This document shows, piece by piece, positions 26,901 to 35,996 of a stretch of DNA of 64,000 bases. Source of the stretch: a virus; IMG/VR virus record IMGVR_UViG_3300049893_000899, positions 31,356 through 95,355 of that record, one strand, 5' to 3'. Under the pieces are notes generated by a model. The model ran no database searches. It was not told the DNA's origin and saw only the letters and a program-made list of their open reading frames with translations. The first letter of the stretch is position 1; each line of letters starts with the position of its first letter. The position numbers were made by a program, and so were the translations under genes.

Positions 26901-29900
26901 AACAGCAGTATTTTTAACTCTTTCTCTAGCGTAAGAAAGAACTTCAGTTTTTGCGTTTCCTTGATCTTGGCTAACATTGAACTTTGAAGCTATCATTGAA
27001 AGTATTGGATTCTGATATCCATAACCAATCTCAACCGCAGCCATATTCTGCTGGTTAGCAGTTGCTCCAATACCATCTTGTCCACCCATATTGTCACTTT
27101 TACTTCTAAGCTGAGTGATTGGGTTCATTATATCCAAGAACGACTTATTATTAATAGCATCTAAATCTCTTCCTTGAAGTTCTAATATGTCTTTAGTGTA
27201 ATCATCTTTTAACTCTGAAGCATCAACAGGCGCCATCTTATCTAAGTAAGCTTCAGTATTAGAGGAGTTAAGCATATTATACCAATGATTGAAAAGTTCA
27301 TCGTGCATCTGAGATATAACTCCAGCAGAACTTCCATCAGATTGGTTTGAGTTTCTTATTACGAATTTACCTTGTTTGTTCTTATAAACCTTTATAGATT
27401 TAAATATTAAGAACATCTTATCAATATCATAGTCAGAACCAGTCTTACCCGTTATTGATGGATATAATATTATACTATCTCCAAGATGCGGAGGAAGTAT
27501 ACCTACAATATCAAGGCTATCTATTGAAGATAGTTTTTGTGTAGGAATACGGTAACCTATAGCCTTATTGAAAACATCTTTATTGTTCTTCATTAAATCA
27601 GTTATCTCTTCATAAGACATCTTCTCTAATCCAGGGATGTTCTTGAAGAAACTCAAAGGAACTAAACACTCTCCAGCTTTTCCAGGAAGAGGGTGCATTA
27701 GCTTCGCGGAAGTTCTTCCATCTAAGAACATAATAGAAGACTTTTCTTCTTCACTCATAGAGTTAAGTCCAACAGGAGAAACCTGAACAGCAGAACCTCC
27801 AGGCATAGAAGGGTTAACAACCCCTTTCTGGAAAGAAGATATTACAGATGAAATTATTTGATAACTAGAAGGCCCAACTTCATCTAAGTTGAAAGGAGTT
27901 ATTTCGCTACTAGTTTTTTCTTTAATAAAATCAACAAGCTCTTTGTTGTTCTTTATTGCGTCTACCTTTAATAGTTTTCTTTTAATCCCTTCATTGAACT
28001 TCTTAACGTCTTTTATATTCCCACTATCAAAGTCCAACCCTAAGTTGTTCATAAACTCATAAGTAAGTCTTTCTGTTATTGCAGCTTCAATAGCATCAGT
28101 CTCTTCAAGGTATTTCTCTCCAGTATATTCAACTCCATTCTTGGTGTAGTAAACAAGTCCAGACTTAACGTTCTTCATAAGCTTTTTGAACTGAATCCCA
28201 ATAGAACGTAAAGATTTCCCCTCAGTAATCTTGTTTGGAGTAACTTGTTGCATACCGTGGTATCTATTCTCAAGTTCAATAGCAAACAAATCTTTACCAT
28301 TAATAGCCTCACTAAAGTCAATAGCTCCTTGTGATCCCATCTTAACAGCAGAATCAAATAAAACTTCATCAATACCATTCTTTTCCATATTCTCCAATAA
28401 AGAAGCTAATTCAGTTCCTTTATGGATAGCTGGGATTATTGGAATCATTGAATACTTAAGCATTGTAGGAACGGCAAGTAAGTGATTTAAAGATGCTGTT
28501 CCATCTTCATTAATGTTTGTTGTTCTTGAAGATATAGAATAATGGAAAGGCTTTTGAGGCCCAAACAAGTTTAATGCTTGTTGTTTTTCGTAGAAAGTAG
28601 GGACATGATTCTTGTCTTTAAGTTTCTCAACTAAAGTATTGTTAGATTCATCCCAATCTCCTTGACTTCTTCTGAAGTCAACATATCTATCTAATGTAAC
28701 AAATCCTTGCGCATCTGCTTCATTGTTTTTTAAATAAGGATTATATAACGCCTTGGCTTCAGCTTCAGACATTAACTTAGACTCAACGGCTGTTTTAACC
28801 AAGAAGCTATACAGCCCACCAGAATCTCTTTCTATGTCATTCAACACTGCAATTTTAAATGTAGGCTTGTTGAATATATAAGATTCTTTTGAAGGAGAAA
28901 CTAAAGCTTTATATCTTTTAACAATCTCTACAGCAGACTTAAAGAATCCTGGATGTATAGCGTTAGCATTAAACTGTCTCATATTTAAAGCTGTGTCGAT
29001 AAGAGTTACAGCTTCAAAGGCCACCATCCCACTCATATTTCTACTAGCTAAAGATCCGAAGTCAAACATCTCTTCTCGCATCTCTTTAACAGCAGAATCA
29101 ATTATGTCATTCACAACCTTATCTAATATAGCAGAATTACTCTTGTTGAATACATGCTTACCGTCTTTTGAGTCAAAGATAGCATTAACCTCTTCTTGAG
29201 AACTAAAGTCTAAATCAAGTATTGAAGAATTTTTATATTTTTTGTCGTAATGTTTAATTCCAATAAACTTAGTAAAAGGCATGTTTTTAGCAGCCTCATA
29301 AGCTTTGTATGCCTCTATTTCTGCCTCAAGGAACTTAATGATCTCCGTCTTAATAAATTCAGAGGCAAAAGCTCTTATGTTGCTTCCTGGATTCTTTCTT
29401 CTATAATCAACATACTCTGTTAAAGACACAGAATAGAATCTTTCAATGCCAGCATCAGCAGGTTGTAACATCCTCAAAGGATATATAATACTTCCTGTTG
29501 GATTTCCATTAACGTCAAACTTACCGTTAAACACAGGGCTTCTTAAAGCATTAATTTGTTCTTTGTAGTAAATTGAAACATCTTCAGTTATCGTGTTTTC
29601 TGAAGTATGCTTATTTTTTTCTTCACCTCTAGTCTTGATTATCTGAGAAAAGGAAAGTACTTTTTGAAAGAAACTCATTCCTCCTTTATAAGCAGAAGAA
29701 AATGCGTCTTCACTTATTCTTCCATATAGATTCAATATGTTTCCACCAGGCTTTCTTTTGTTTGCCCCATTCTTAACATCAGAAATAAATCTGTTTGATG
29801 AAGCTTCTTTGTTTATTGAGTAAACATTTTTACCTTCAGCTCCAATAGTATTTTCTTCATGTAAGCTACCAGAGATAATATCTTGTATTTGAGATATCTT

Positions 29901-32132
29901 CAACATAGCATCAATAGGAGATATTACATAGAAAGTATTCTTTAATACAGTCTCAGTTCTTGTAGCTACAGCGTTATAAAGTAAATCTTTTCCGTGATGT
30001 TGTGAACCGGCTTTATTGTAACAATTGTTTACATAAGCTGTAATTAAAGTAAACAATCTAACTGTTTCATCTGGAGTTTTCCCATATTCTTCAAAGAAGA
30101 AAGCTATTGCCTCTTTAGATAAGGAATCTTTCTTTCCTTGAGACAATAATTCATATATAGTATTTACAAGAGAGTTTTGAGCAAGCTTTAACCCAGCTCC
30201 ATCAACAAGAGATCTAGCATACACACTGTTTAAATAAGCTAACTCAGAAGGAACTACAAACGTGTCCTTCTCTTCTATAGAGTCGGTATGAGTCCCTTCT
30301 CCGTATCTCAACAACCTCTCTAATATACCTTTAGCTTTAGGGTCAAGATTTATTGTCCTAATTAAACTCTGTCTAAACTTTTCCTTAGTAGCATCAGGTC
30401 TTGGATTCATTAATCCAGAATAAACTATATCTCTAAACAGCTTTTTTCTTAATCCAGTAAAAGCCATTGCAAGCTCATTGATTTTCTCTTCAATAGAAGA
30501 TAAAGACGTTTCAGAGAATATTCTACTTTGTACTATTGTTTGAGATTGACCACTTCCAACCTTAACATCTTCAGTAGAAGCATCATACATATTAGACTTC
30601 ACGTTAGCAAAAGCATTAAAGAAAGAAGCCTTAAACATTTCAAGATACTCTTTCTCAGCTTTAGTTGAACCTTCTTTTTCAAGAAGGCCAACTATCTGGT
30701 TTAGTTCCGGCTTGATCTTCGCGTATCTCTTCAATGTAGCAACCATATCAGCGTATCTAGTAACTATTGTATACTCGACCTCGCCATCAACCTCTCTTGA
30801 AGACACCTTATTAGATGTTGATTCAAGAATACTATTTAATGTCTTCCACATCACTTTAAATGAATGTGTTTTAGGAAGACCTGTTCTTTTATCTATAACT
30901 ATATTACCTTCAATGTCTCTTTCAAAGATACTTGATAAGAAAGACTTAACGCTTGCATCAACACTATTAATCTGGCTAACAGTATTTGAAGCTTCAAGGT
31001 TATGAACCTTATTATCATAGCTTTCTTCATCATCTCCCTCTTCTTCTGTGCTAACCTCGTCCTCTTTAGGGTCGTTGTTTTTGTCTTCAAATACTTCAAC
31101 CCCAACAGAAGAAGTGTTAGATGTGATATCTGGCTCTTTCTCCTCTTCTCTAAAGACAACACCTTTTTCTTTAAGGTTGGCTTTAAGTAATGTTTTAAAC
31201 TTATCTTCTTGCTGAAGTAGAGCTATTAAATTATCTTTATATTGGTCAGTATAGTTTTCTTTCACATAAGAAACCATCTTGTCAAAAAGAGAATTTCCTT
31301 CTTCATGCCCAGAGAATAAATCAAGGAAGTCTTCCTCTAATCCTTTCTTGTTACTTTTAGCTACTTCACTATTCAACCCAAATTCATCAATTAATATTGT
31401 TGAAGCAGAATCAACATAAGCACTCATTAAAGAGTCGGAAATAGGTCTTCTTATATAAGAAACGCCATTCTCGTTTGCTATTGTAAAGCTGTTTTTAATT
31501 GTTTCTTCAAACTTAATTAAATCCTTCTTATCCTTAAAGTTATCTTTAAACGATTTGAAAGCATTATAAAAAGTATCATTACCAAGTCCAGACTCTCCTG
31601 TCTTTGTCCACTGAATAAAGTCATTGTATATTCCTATTGCAGCATTTAACTCAGAATAGAATAGATTTCCTTTTGACAGCTTATCAAAGCTATCAATAAA
31701 ACCATTTCTATCGTAGCCTAAAAACACCTCAGCAAAGTATAAGATGTTGTTGTGATCAGAAACAATATCAAATTCAGTATTCTTTGATATAGCGTCAATT
31801 AGATTGTTGAAGTTTCCTTCATTAGTAATGTATAGATTTATTATCGGATCTACAACAGACAAATCTAAATTAGGAAACTCTTCTTTTATTTTTGAAGAAA
31901 CAATAGAGTTACCGCTTTTTTTAAGCTCTTCAATACTTTTGAATACGTTTACATCTTTCTCGTTTACTGTATTGAAAAAGAAATTGTTTACTATATCTTC
32001 AGCAAATGGAGCTAATGAATGTTTTTCTCCTTTAGCTTCAGCATCATGGAAAGATGTTGTAGCTATTGTTTCTCCTTTAGCTCTTGCTATAACGCTAAAA
32101 GTTCTCGACGTATTTATTGGGCAACTAGACAT
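20946..32132 (-). CDS. Giant virion-packaged RNA polymerase (crAss-like, double-psi beta-barrel type) fused to a zincin protease domain
   Basis: 3728 aa; GYRIPTQ..SS and GSDYDIDKMF (catalytic Asp motif, nt ~27420-27434), ADAQGF, FVDMAKDP; HELSH...E zincin at ~25296-25310. Confidence 0.9.
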   Translation of the reverse strand: MSSCPINTSRTFSVIARAKGETIATTSFHDAEAKGEKHSLAPFAEDIVNNFFFNTVNEKDVNVFKSIEELKKSGNSIVSSKIKEEFPNLDLSVVDPIINLYITNEGNFNNLIDAISKNTEFDIVSDHNNILYFAEVFLGYDRNGFIDSFDKLSKGNLFYSELNAAIGIYNDFIQWTKTGESGLGNDTFYNAFKSFKDNFKDKKDLIKFEETIKNSFTIANENGVSYIRRPISDSLMSAYVDSASTILIDEFGLNSEVAKSNKKGLEEDFLDLFSGHEEGNSLFDKMVSYVKENYTDQYKDNLIALLQQEDKFKTLLKANLKEKGVVFREEEKEPDITSNTSSVGVEVFEDKNNDPKEDEVSTEEEGDDEESYDNKVHNLEASNTVSQINSVDASVKSFLSSIFERDIEGNIVIDKRTGLPKTHSFKVMWKTLNSILESTSNKVSSREVDGEVEYTIVTRYADMVATLKRYAKIKPELNQIVGLLEKEGSTKAEKEYLEMFKASFFNAFANVKSNMYDASTEDVKVGSGQSQTIVQSRIFSETSLSSIEEKINELAMAFTGLRKKLFRDIVYSGLMNPRPDATKEKFRQSLIRTINLDPKAKGILERLLRYGEGTHTDSIEEKDTFVVPSELAYLNSVYARSLVDGAGLKLAQNSLVNTIYELLSQGKKDSLSKEAIAFFFEEYGKTPDETVRLFTLITAYVNNCYNKAGSQHHGKDLLYNAVATRTETVLKNTFYVISPIDAMLKISQIQDIISGSLHEENTIGAEGKNVYSINKEASSNRFISDVKNGANKRKPGGNILNLYGRISEDAFSSAYKGGMSFFQKVLSFSQIIKTRGEEKNKHTSENTITEDVSIYYKEQINALRSPVFNGKFDVNGNPTGSIIYPLRMLQPADAGIERFYSVSLTEYVDYRRKNPGSNIRAFASEFIKTEIIKFLEAEIEAYKAYEAAKNMPFTKFIGIKHYDKKYKNSSILDLDFSSQEEVNAIFDSKDGKHVFNKSNSAILDKVVNDIIDSAVKEMREEMFDFGSLASRNMSGMVAFEAVTLIDTALNMRQFNANAIHPGFFKSAVEIVKRYKALVSPSKESYIFNKPTFKIAVLNDIERDSGGLYSFLVKTAVESKLMSEAEAKALYNPYLKNNEADAQGFVTLDRYVDFRRSQGDWDESNNTLVEKLKDKNHVPTFYEKQQALNLFGPQKPFHYSISSRTTNINEDGTASLNHLLAVPTMLKYSMIPIIPAIHKGTELASLLENMEKNGIDEVLFDSAVKMGSQGAIDFSEAINGKDLFAIELENRYHGMQQVTPNKITEGKSLRSIGIQFKKLMKNVKSGLVYYTKNGVEYTGEKYLEETDAIEAAITERLTYEFMNNLGLDFDSGNIKDVKKFNEGIKRKLLKVDAIKNNKELVDFIKEKTSSEITPFNLDEVGPSSYQIISSVISSFQKGVVNPSMPGGSAVQVSPVGLNSMSEEEKSSIMFLDGRTSAKLMHPLPGKAGECLVPLSFFKNIPGLEKMSYEEITDLMKNNKDVFNKAIGYRIPTQKLSSIDSLDIVGILPPHLGDSIILYPSITGKTGSDYDIDKMFLIFKSIKVYKNKQGKFVIRNSNQSDGSSAGVISQMHDELFNHWYNMLNSSNTEAYLDKMAPVDASELKDDYTKDILELQGRDLDAINNKSFLDIMNPITQLRSKSDNMGGQDGIGATANQQNMAAVEIGYGYQNPILSMIASKFNVSQDQGNAKTEVLSYARERVKNTAVSIVDAISSFLNGFVDMAKDPFLSYVNINKTTSGMLFAMIRAGVHPMRAMLYLNHPVIFAYSKYGENGMIQYLTSKGIDFSGNDLAAFSKAAEYNFKMKKFKYVKVDVSADSLAKDIKDFNSGSMTTINMSYIISMLKMYHELNSLSSELSTQATELKFDKLSQRSSFELRNRLYKNNANMSKNYLSNNTYLGSLRNSFAKLSVLLNSISIVSNETVTTYISTILNDTSKENIANRKKFYSAIKSIGGLINVEKEMASYVYNKFFASKVFSDSNKNNRMIEDFVAVIEGNVNTDNKVIQVIKKNYEKNREKERTRRQVQNVYRLIAISKTGGEASKEARAAILASNNLEDLTPADKFKLALKFNRGEIHSDLSNEISESFDDAPMPIKIGVLLNYFMTGRTPVSGSSNVIPVTIKFLNRIGYSTALDLAGKMIEESPIFFADQFIDNIILKNQSGSVQDEYQDYYNKMSEFDKIDDEKRTARKIGLLEAKLGANQVIIDPNMKAWGSVTYVDGLPVVKLRSREYLSRDTVIHELSHVFIDISGGAYTSEAMAAYDQAMQTDIADRVSDRYPELKEGSELHRKEVLAVALGLKGTEIFENAEESIFGKIRNWVNKVYNIIKKKLGLDYDAIALMANEVLNSSIYNNMPTINIDEVMENRFNFKSDGPMREAKERYEGSDNAGNFEYNYKKEALDIATNTLIASIRDDENVDLEGFMDGLNKMLSEAVSAASKSGIDTSSGSQNINKMVETIDQIRSEIGKASDFYVLRQLVEMAMDVYNDSIVITDLISSITRDPLRQILDDVDIDGTNPGKMTLEQFYAQHANQQERWDELTQIKKAISILGVFNLISKQISPKLEFASKGSTEDVEIANLSVHVGDIFASLKRFKNIQASLDGGIPDTALQSKIDSELATIKEEYRKIVGIVKRLSGDNSTTKNIEDTLTLPDNPSYAELSDLINKTIGLDAGVIDFEGTKTNVETSEENMTSLENIINRLLAKRYHKQTLNDLSEALRSIERKISEANSSLEKSSKKVLAFTLAFEDRGHINVRMMQARDLFRKIKGGIGSFKDKAVRDNLINIGVQAFQKNKEKWLYERYNTIYKRLSEDERDISSLVLAFCDKKMINDSIITPFVAYLEKAKDNVRIKYQEEFRGKDNLASMYRDYVNKNGWNKTLGVNYEEVNEKFFYVQRVNDEDRLCLVSEYDWMRLEAERQRYIAIGMENYKKALEEYDLKAKQINDRFESGEYDKAQYREYMDLNEQQKKTIKSTYYVGKQIDIFKKENYEKDAKKTDGKGRLIPLPKYKSAKWAALTTEEKKIADGFEILLHKSNGYLEKGDMLINNELPFVGKTSHELYAEGKLKEGFKEGINESIKNQQSKDLDYVNDAEERASNEEAIVRRSTFNGEPIQRPPVKFRDKGIKIEDRSKDILSILMMNYHSAINFEEMSKAAFMGETLKALLREQNINIKEGGKKVITKYFNKAFNTKGNSQRLKAAESVFDEYVLGKRREDMQFGKGYSISKILGTITSISAKAKLNGNIEGGLVNATAGTVSSMIAFKANNLLDSNLIGEASTEYFKNIVDSMKNYSADDAMRTDKLTAITVFFNSRLNFNEAFVQDIMNDKTVRAFFGAAGHMPFAVGEHMISTVLTIAKLKGIRCIAENGEYLKADGTTTPEISEAVSLYDSIIFDEKSRRISISPKVFATTSNFTSRIMRNDKGEIDERSYNNMVSEIGLNISDLISNTQGYYGNRGLSEMDKKVAGPALMSLRKFLPRKMMMTFAGWQYALKDFDTLYNPETGEYDEDLINGNAFGDEAIMGMVTAEIIQIMEGYRKTEGSTAEKVLGGVKAAVGKNDDKVSEIIAYNASRLRWTGIFAGSFYGLYLLSSLVAPGGDDEEGGFIENIRFLSPYIALRVFNELTYFANPGELLRSFNNVSQSFGFISDLAKLAGDLFTGDIDKLPKDLGRIVSHDNYVRLFMDGHLKNKINGLENGNY

Positions 32133-32134
32133 TA

Positions 32135-35100
32135 TTAACAGTTCTTGTTTTTATGTTCATCTATTTTCTTTACAAATATATCAATATTTTCATTTGTAAA
32201 AACATCTACTTCATTATATTCTTCAATTAGTTTATTGTCGATATCGTCAACAGGCTTGATGTTATTAATATAATTGTTAATTTCATGAGCGTTCATAGCT
32301 AAATCTAAATCAACTCCATATATTTCAGAAACCTCCCCAGCAATGCTATAAATAGAGTTATTACTCTTTATGTTTTCAACTTTAACCAAGTTAGATCTAT
32401 TATAAGAAGAAGAAACAGAGAATACTGATTTATTGTTATCTCTTCTCTTGTGAGCTATCACGTGTGTAAATCCAGTTATATTTATAGGCTTAAAAGATTG
32501 ATTTCCAAGATTCAAAGTAAGAGCTTGTACCATTAATTGCTTTCTGTATTTATCAACCTCTCCAGCTATTTTTGTTGAAGTCTTGTAATCAACAATAGTT
32601 CCTTCTCCAGTATTCATGTCAATAGCAATTAAGTCTATTGTTCCTGCTGTCGTTTTTGAAGGATCGTTTGTAGCATTAAATGCGTAAGGAATCTCAGTTA
32701 AGAAATAATGGTTGCCAAATTCTCTTCTTAATATTTTTGCAAGCTTATACGCTTCATCTACAACTTGTCTCGATGAAACTTCCCACTTAACTTTAAGTAT
32801 AGAGTTATCGTTATTGTATTCAGAAGCTCTTTTTTGAAACTTCTTATCATCATATACTGAAACTTTTTTAGCTTCAAGAGATCCAGGGACATCTTCTTTC
32901 ATAAAGTATTCCATAGCATAGTGAAACAATGTACCGAAAGAACCATGTGCAGGATTAATGTTTTTCTCTTTATCATCCAATCTCTCTGTTATTGAAGCTT
33001 CAAACGTTCCAATTTCCTTCTTACTTACTTCATCTTCTAAGATACGATAGTATCTTTTAATTTCATCTGTTCCCTCAAATAGGTCTACAATAATCTTTTT
33101 GTTTTTAAGCTTGTTGAAAGTGTTTATAAACCCAGTAACAAAAACCTTATTTTTACTTTTATGTATATCAATCTTACTTGCGCTAGGAATATAAGTTTTC
33201 TTATTCTTCTTTAAAGAACCAATAAAATCAGTTATAAGCTTCTCAGATTTCTTTATTGATTCATCTGTTGAATCTATCTTCTTTAAGTCTTTATTGTAAT
33301 TAGAAAGCTCTGAATCGCTAAAAAACATTATCTTTTCTTTAATATCGTTAGGTTCAGTTACTCCTGACTTCTTTAACATTTGCAAAGTATCTGAATTCGA
33401 TCTCCCTGCATAGTAAACAGTATTAGGGATATTTCCAACGTCTTTACCTCTTATACCTATAACTATACCCTTGTCGTCTAACATACTTAAAAGATATTCG
33501 TTATCAAGCTCACTATATATGTTAGAGCTATTAAGGTTTGAAGGAGATACGTATTCACTTTTATTTCTTACAGGAAGTCTTTTAATGTCTGAACCTGGCT
33601 CTTGTGCTTTCTTACTATAAACAGAAACATTTCCATCAGCAAAAGGAGTTTCAATATATCCTTTACTTAAAACATAATTAACTACAGCCTGCTCAGAATA
33701 AGGGCCTTGAACGTAAGAACTTGAAGACTTGTTTACATACTGCGTACTATCTAATAGTATCGAAGCTCCAGCTTCAATAATCTTATCAATCTCACTTATT
33801 GTAGCGTCATACTTTTCTTTACTTTGACCTAAAGCATGATTGCCTCCTGAGTTAGAAACAAATACAACATCTTGTTTACTGTATGTTCCGGCATTGACAG
33901 GTATTCCTTGCTGAAGCGCTTTATGAGCATAGTAATAAGTAGATGATTTCCCTTTAGTGTTTCCATCTTCTTGGTAAAGCTCTCCGTATACTTCTTTGTT
34001 TTTTTCTTTTCCAAGATTACCAAAAGCAAACTTAGTAGCTCTTCCTGCTTTATAGTGGTCTTTACCACCTTTGTCCATTTTTATTGCAAATCCTACTTTA
34101 CCTTGAGGCGCATTCTGTTGTGGTTCCGCCCCAACGCCAGAGCCATCTTGTTTTTTGAACCTAGCTTTAAATGCTGCTTCATCACCCTTTATATCTCCAT
34201 CCTTACTATTAACTCTAAAGGTCCATTCTTTAGGAACATTAACCTCAGATTTAATTCCAAGTTTACTTGAAGCCTTAACCCCTGCTTCATCAAAACCAGT
34301 CTGACCTCCACTTACAACTTTCTCTATTTTGTTGTTTAATCTTGGAGATGTAAGTACGGCTTCAAGAAGATCGTAAGTAAACTTATCTATATCCTCTTGT
34401 TTATAATCAGTTAGGTCATATATACCATTCCCAGCTATATTCAGAGTCTTAGCATTAACTTCATTCAGTTTATCAACAATTTCATTAACAAGTTCTGGAG
34501 TTACATTCAAACCTTTTGTTGGTTTTATTCTTAAACTTCCTGTTTTACTATGAGAAACCTCTTGTTCTACATCTCCTATGTTTATAGGGATATATTGTTT
34601 ATCTTGACTAACAACTTCTTTGAATGTTAGTTTTTCTCCAGGAATAGAAAAATCTTTCCCTAAATGTATTGTAGCGTCATGCGATGCATTGTAAGCAGTC
34701 CTTTCAGGATAAGAATTGAAGTTGTTGTTAAATTGAATATCTCCATCAACGCTTCCTATTCCGCTTTGAGCGCCACTATTGATCCAATTATACTTATTAA
34801 TTAAATAGTCTAGCGCATTAGCGTGTGAAGCCTCTTTTAAGTTAGCATAATATTGAATCTTTCTACCTTTAAGCTCTCCTGATTTTAATTTACTTAAAAT
34901 CCATTCTCTTCTTTCTGGTTTAACATCTTTAAATTTGTCAGTAATCAACCAATCTATATAATTCCTTACAGATTCTTCTGTTGAATTTGTTTTAATCGTT
35001 CCAGATCTATCAAAAGAAGCCCAAGGATTTGAATAAGTTTCAACATCACTTCCATTTTCCATAGAATAAATTCTATCATTATCTACAGCTTCTTTAATGT

Positions 35101-35980
35101 TAGCCCCCCTATCATATTTTCCTTCTGAAGTCTTTATATTCGACAAAACAATATTGTTGGAATTAATATCTATTTCTTTATATACATCAACACTTACTGG
35201 AGCCGCTTGTGTTGTAGTTGTTTGTTGTTGACTTACAAACTCTTTAAAGCCTTGTAGATCTTGTTTAGTACCTAATATGTGTATTTGTTCTGGTTCAAAA
35301 ACTACAAATGTGGGAAATTCATAAGTTCCATATTCATCACCAATATCTTCTTTAGAAATAGCTCCATCATTATTTATATCATATTCTTTAATATCTCTAA
35401 TGTCTTCTGCTAATTCAGGATTTTTTGTATTTATTAAAGAAGGTATAACTGTTCTTGTTGCAAAACCCATTATAGAAATACCTTCTTTATTACTAAAGTA
35501 AAATCCTTCACGCTTTCTTGGTACAAAAGATTGTTCACCTAAATAATCTTTTATAAAAACTTCTCCTATAAACTTATTAGTCCCATGATAAACAATATCC
35601 TTTACTTTACTATCAGGAAATATAGTATCAAGGTATTGAGAGTATTGCTCAGGTGTACCTATAGTGGCTAATATAGGGTACATTTCAAACAAATCTAAAA
35701 CATCTTGTCTTACTTCAGGTTGTTGTTGTTCTTCTACTTTCTCACTATATTCTTCAACAATAGAATCAATAACATTTTGAACCTCTCCAACAAACACATC
35801 TCCGTATTCATCTTTAAGATAGTTTATGTATAGATTAGTAACATCAATTAAAGGCGTTCCCTCAGGAATGCCTCCAGTTCTATCTGAGAACTCTTTAAAT
35901 ATAGACCAAAGTACAATGTCTTTCTCTTCTAGCTTTGCATCGAAAGCTTTCTCTGTGTTATTATATAAAGGACAGTTCAT
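32135..35980 (-). CDS. Polyvalent cargo protein: ART-PolyVal-like, DUF4326-like, SLOG (YpsA/MoCo carrier-like), unknown domain, PD-(D/E)XK nuclease
   Basis: IVYHGT/GFYFS/VVFEPEQI; NPW...Y..W...LKG...HA; ERT..N/LNIAGNG/VVSGGQTGFD; GTLFH...E...GTIDL...VDYKT...QL. Confidence 0.75.
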   Translation of the reverse strand: MNCPLYNNTEKAFDAKLEEKDIVLWSIFKEFSDRTGGIPEGTPLIDVTNLYINYLKDEYGDVFVGEVQNVIDSIVEEYSEKVEEQQQPEVRQDVLDLFEMYPILATIGTPEQYSQYLDTIFPDSKVKDIVYHGTNKFIGEVFIKDYLGEQSFVPRKREGFYFSNKEGISIMGFATRTVIPSLINTKNPELAEDIRDIKEYDINNDGAISKEDIGDEYGTYEFPTFVVFEPEQIHILGTKQDLQGFKEFVSQQQTTTTQAAPVSVDVYKEIDINSNNIVLSNIKTSEGKYDRGANIKEAVDNDRIYSMENGSDVETYSNPWASFDRSGTIKTNSTEESVRNYIDWLITDKFKDVKPERREWILSKLKSGELKGRKIQYYANLKEASHANALDYLINKYNWINSGAQSGIGSVDGDIQFNNNFNSYPERTAYNASHDATIHLGKDFSIPGEKLTFKEVVSQDKQYIPINIGDVEQEVSHSKTGSLRIKPTKGLNVTPELVNEIVDKLNEVNAKTLNIAGNGIYDLTDYKQEDIDKFTYDLLEAVLTSPRLNNKIEKVVSGGQTGFDEAGVKASSKLGIKSEVNVPKEWTFRVNSKDGDIKGDEAAFKARFKKQDGSGVGAEPQQNAPQGKVGFAIKMDKGGKDHYKAGRATKFAFGNLGKEKNKEVYGELYQEDGNTKGKSSTYYYAHKALQQGIPVNAGTYSKQDVVFVSNSGGNHALGQSKEKYDATISEIDKIIEAGASILLDSTQYVNKSSSSYVQGPYSEQAVVNYVLSKGYIETPFADGNVSVYSKKAQEPGSDIKRLPVRNKSEYVSPSNLNSSNIYSELDNEYLLSMLDDKGIVIGIRGKDVGNIPNTVYYAGRSNSDTLQMLKKSGVTEPNDIKEKIMFFSDSELSNYNKDLKKIDSTDESIKKSEKLITDFIGSLKKNKKTYIPSASKIDIHKSKNKVFVTGFINTFNKLKNKKIIVDLFEGTDEIKRYYRILEDEVSKKEIGTFEASITERLDDKEKNINPAHGSFGTLFHYAMEYFMKEDVPGSLEAKKVSVYDDKKFQKRASEYNNDNSILKVKWEVSSRQVVDEAYKLAKILRREFGNHYFLTEIPYAFNATNDPSKTTAGTIDLIAIDMNTGEGTIVDYKTSTKIAGEVDKYRKQLMVQALTLNLGNQSFKPINITGFTHVIAHKRRDNNKSVFSVSSSYNRSNLVKVENIKSNNSIYSIAGEVSEIYGVDLDLAMNAHEINNYINNIKPVDDIDNKLIEEYNEVDVFTNENIDIFVKKIDEHKNKNC

Positions 35981-35996
35981 TTTTACACTATAATTA

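Noticed and set aside
35345-35380. EF-hand-like loop DINNDGAISKED in the polyvalent protein
   Set aside because: It coincides with the DG.I strand typical of ART-PolyVal-like domains and there is no paired EF hand; probably coincidental
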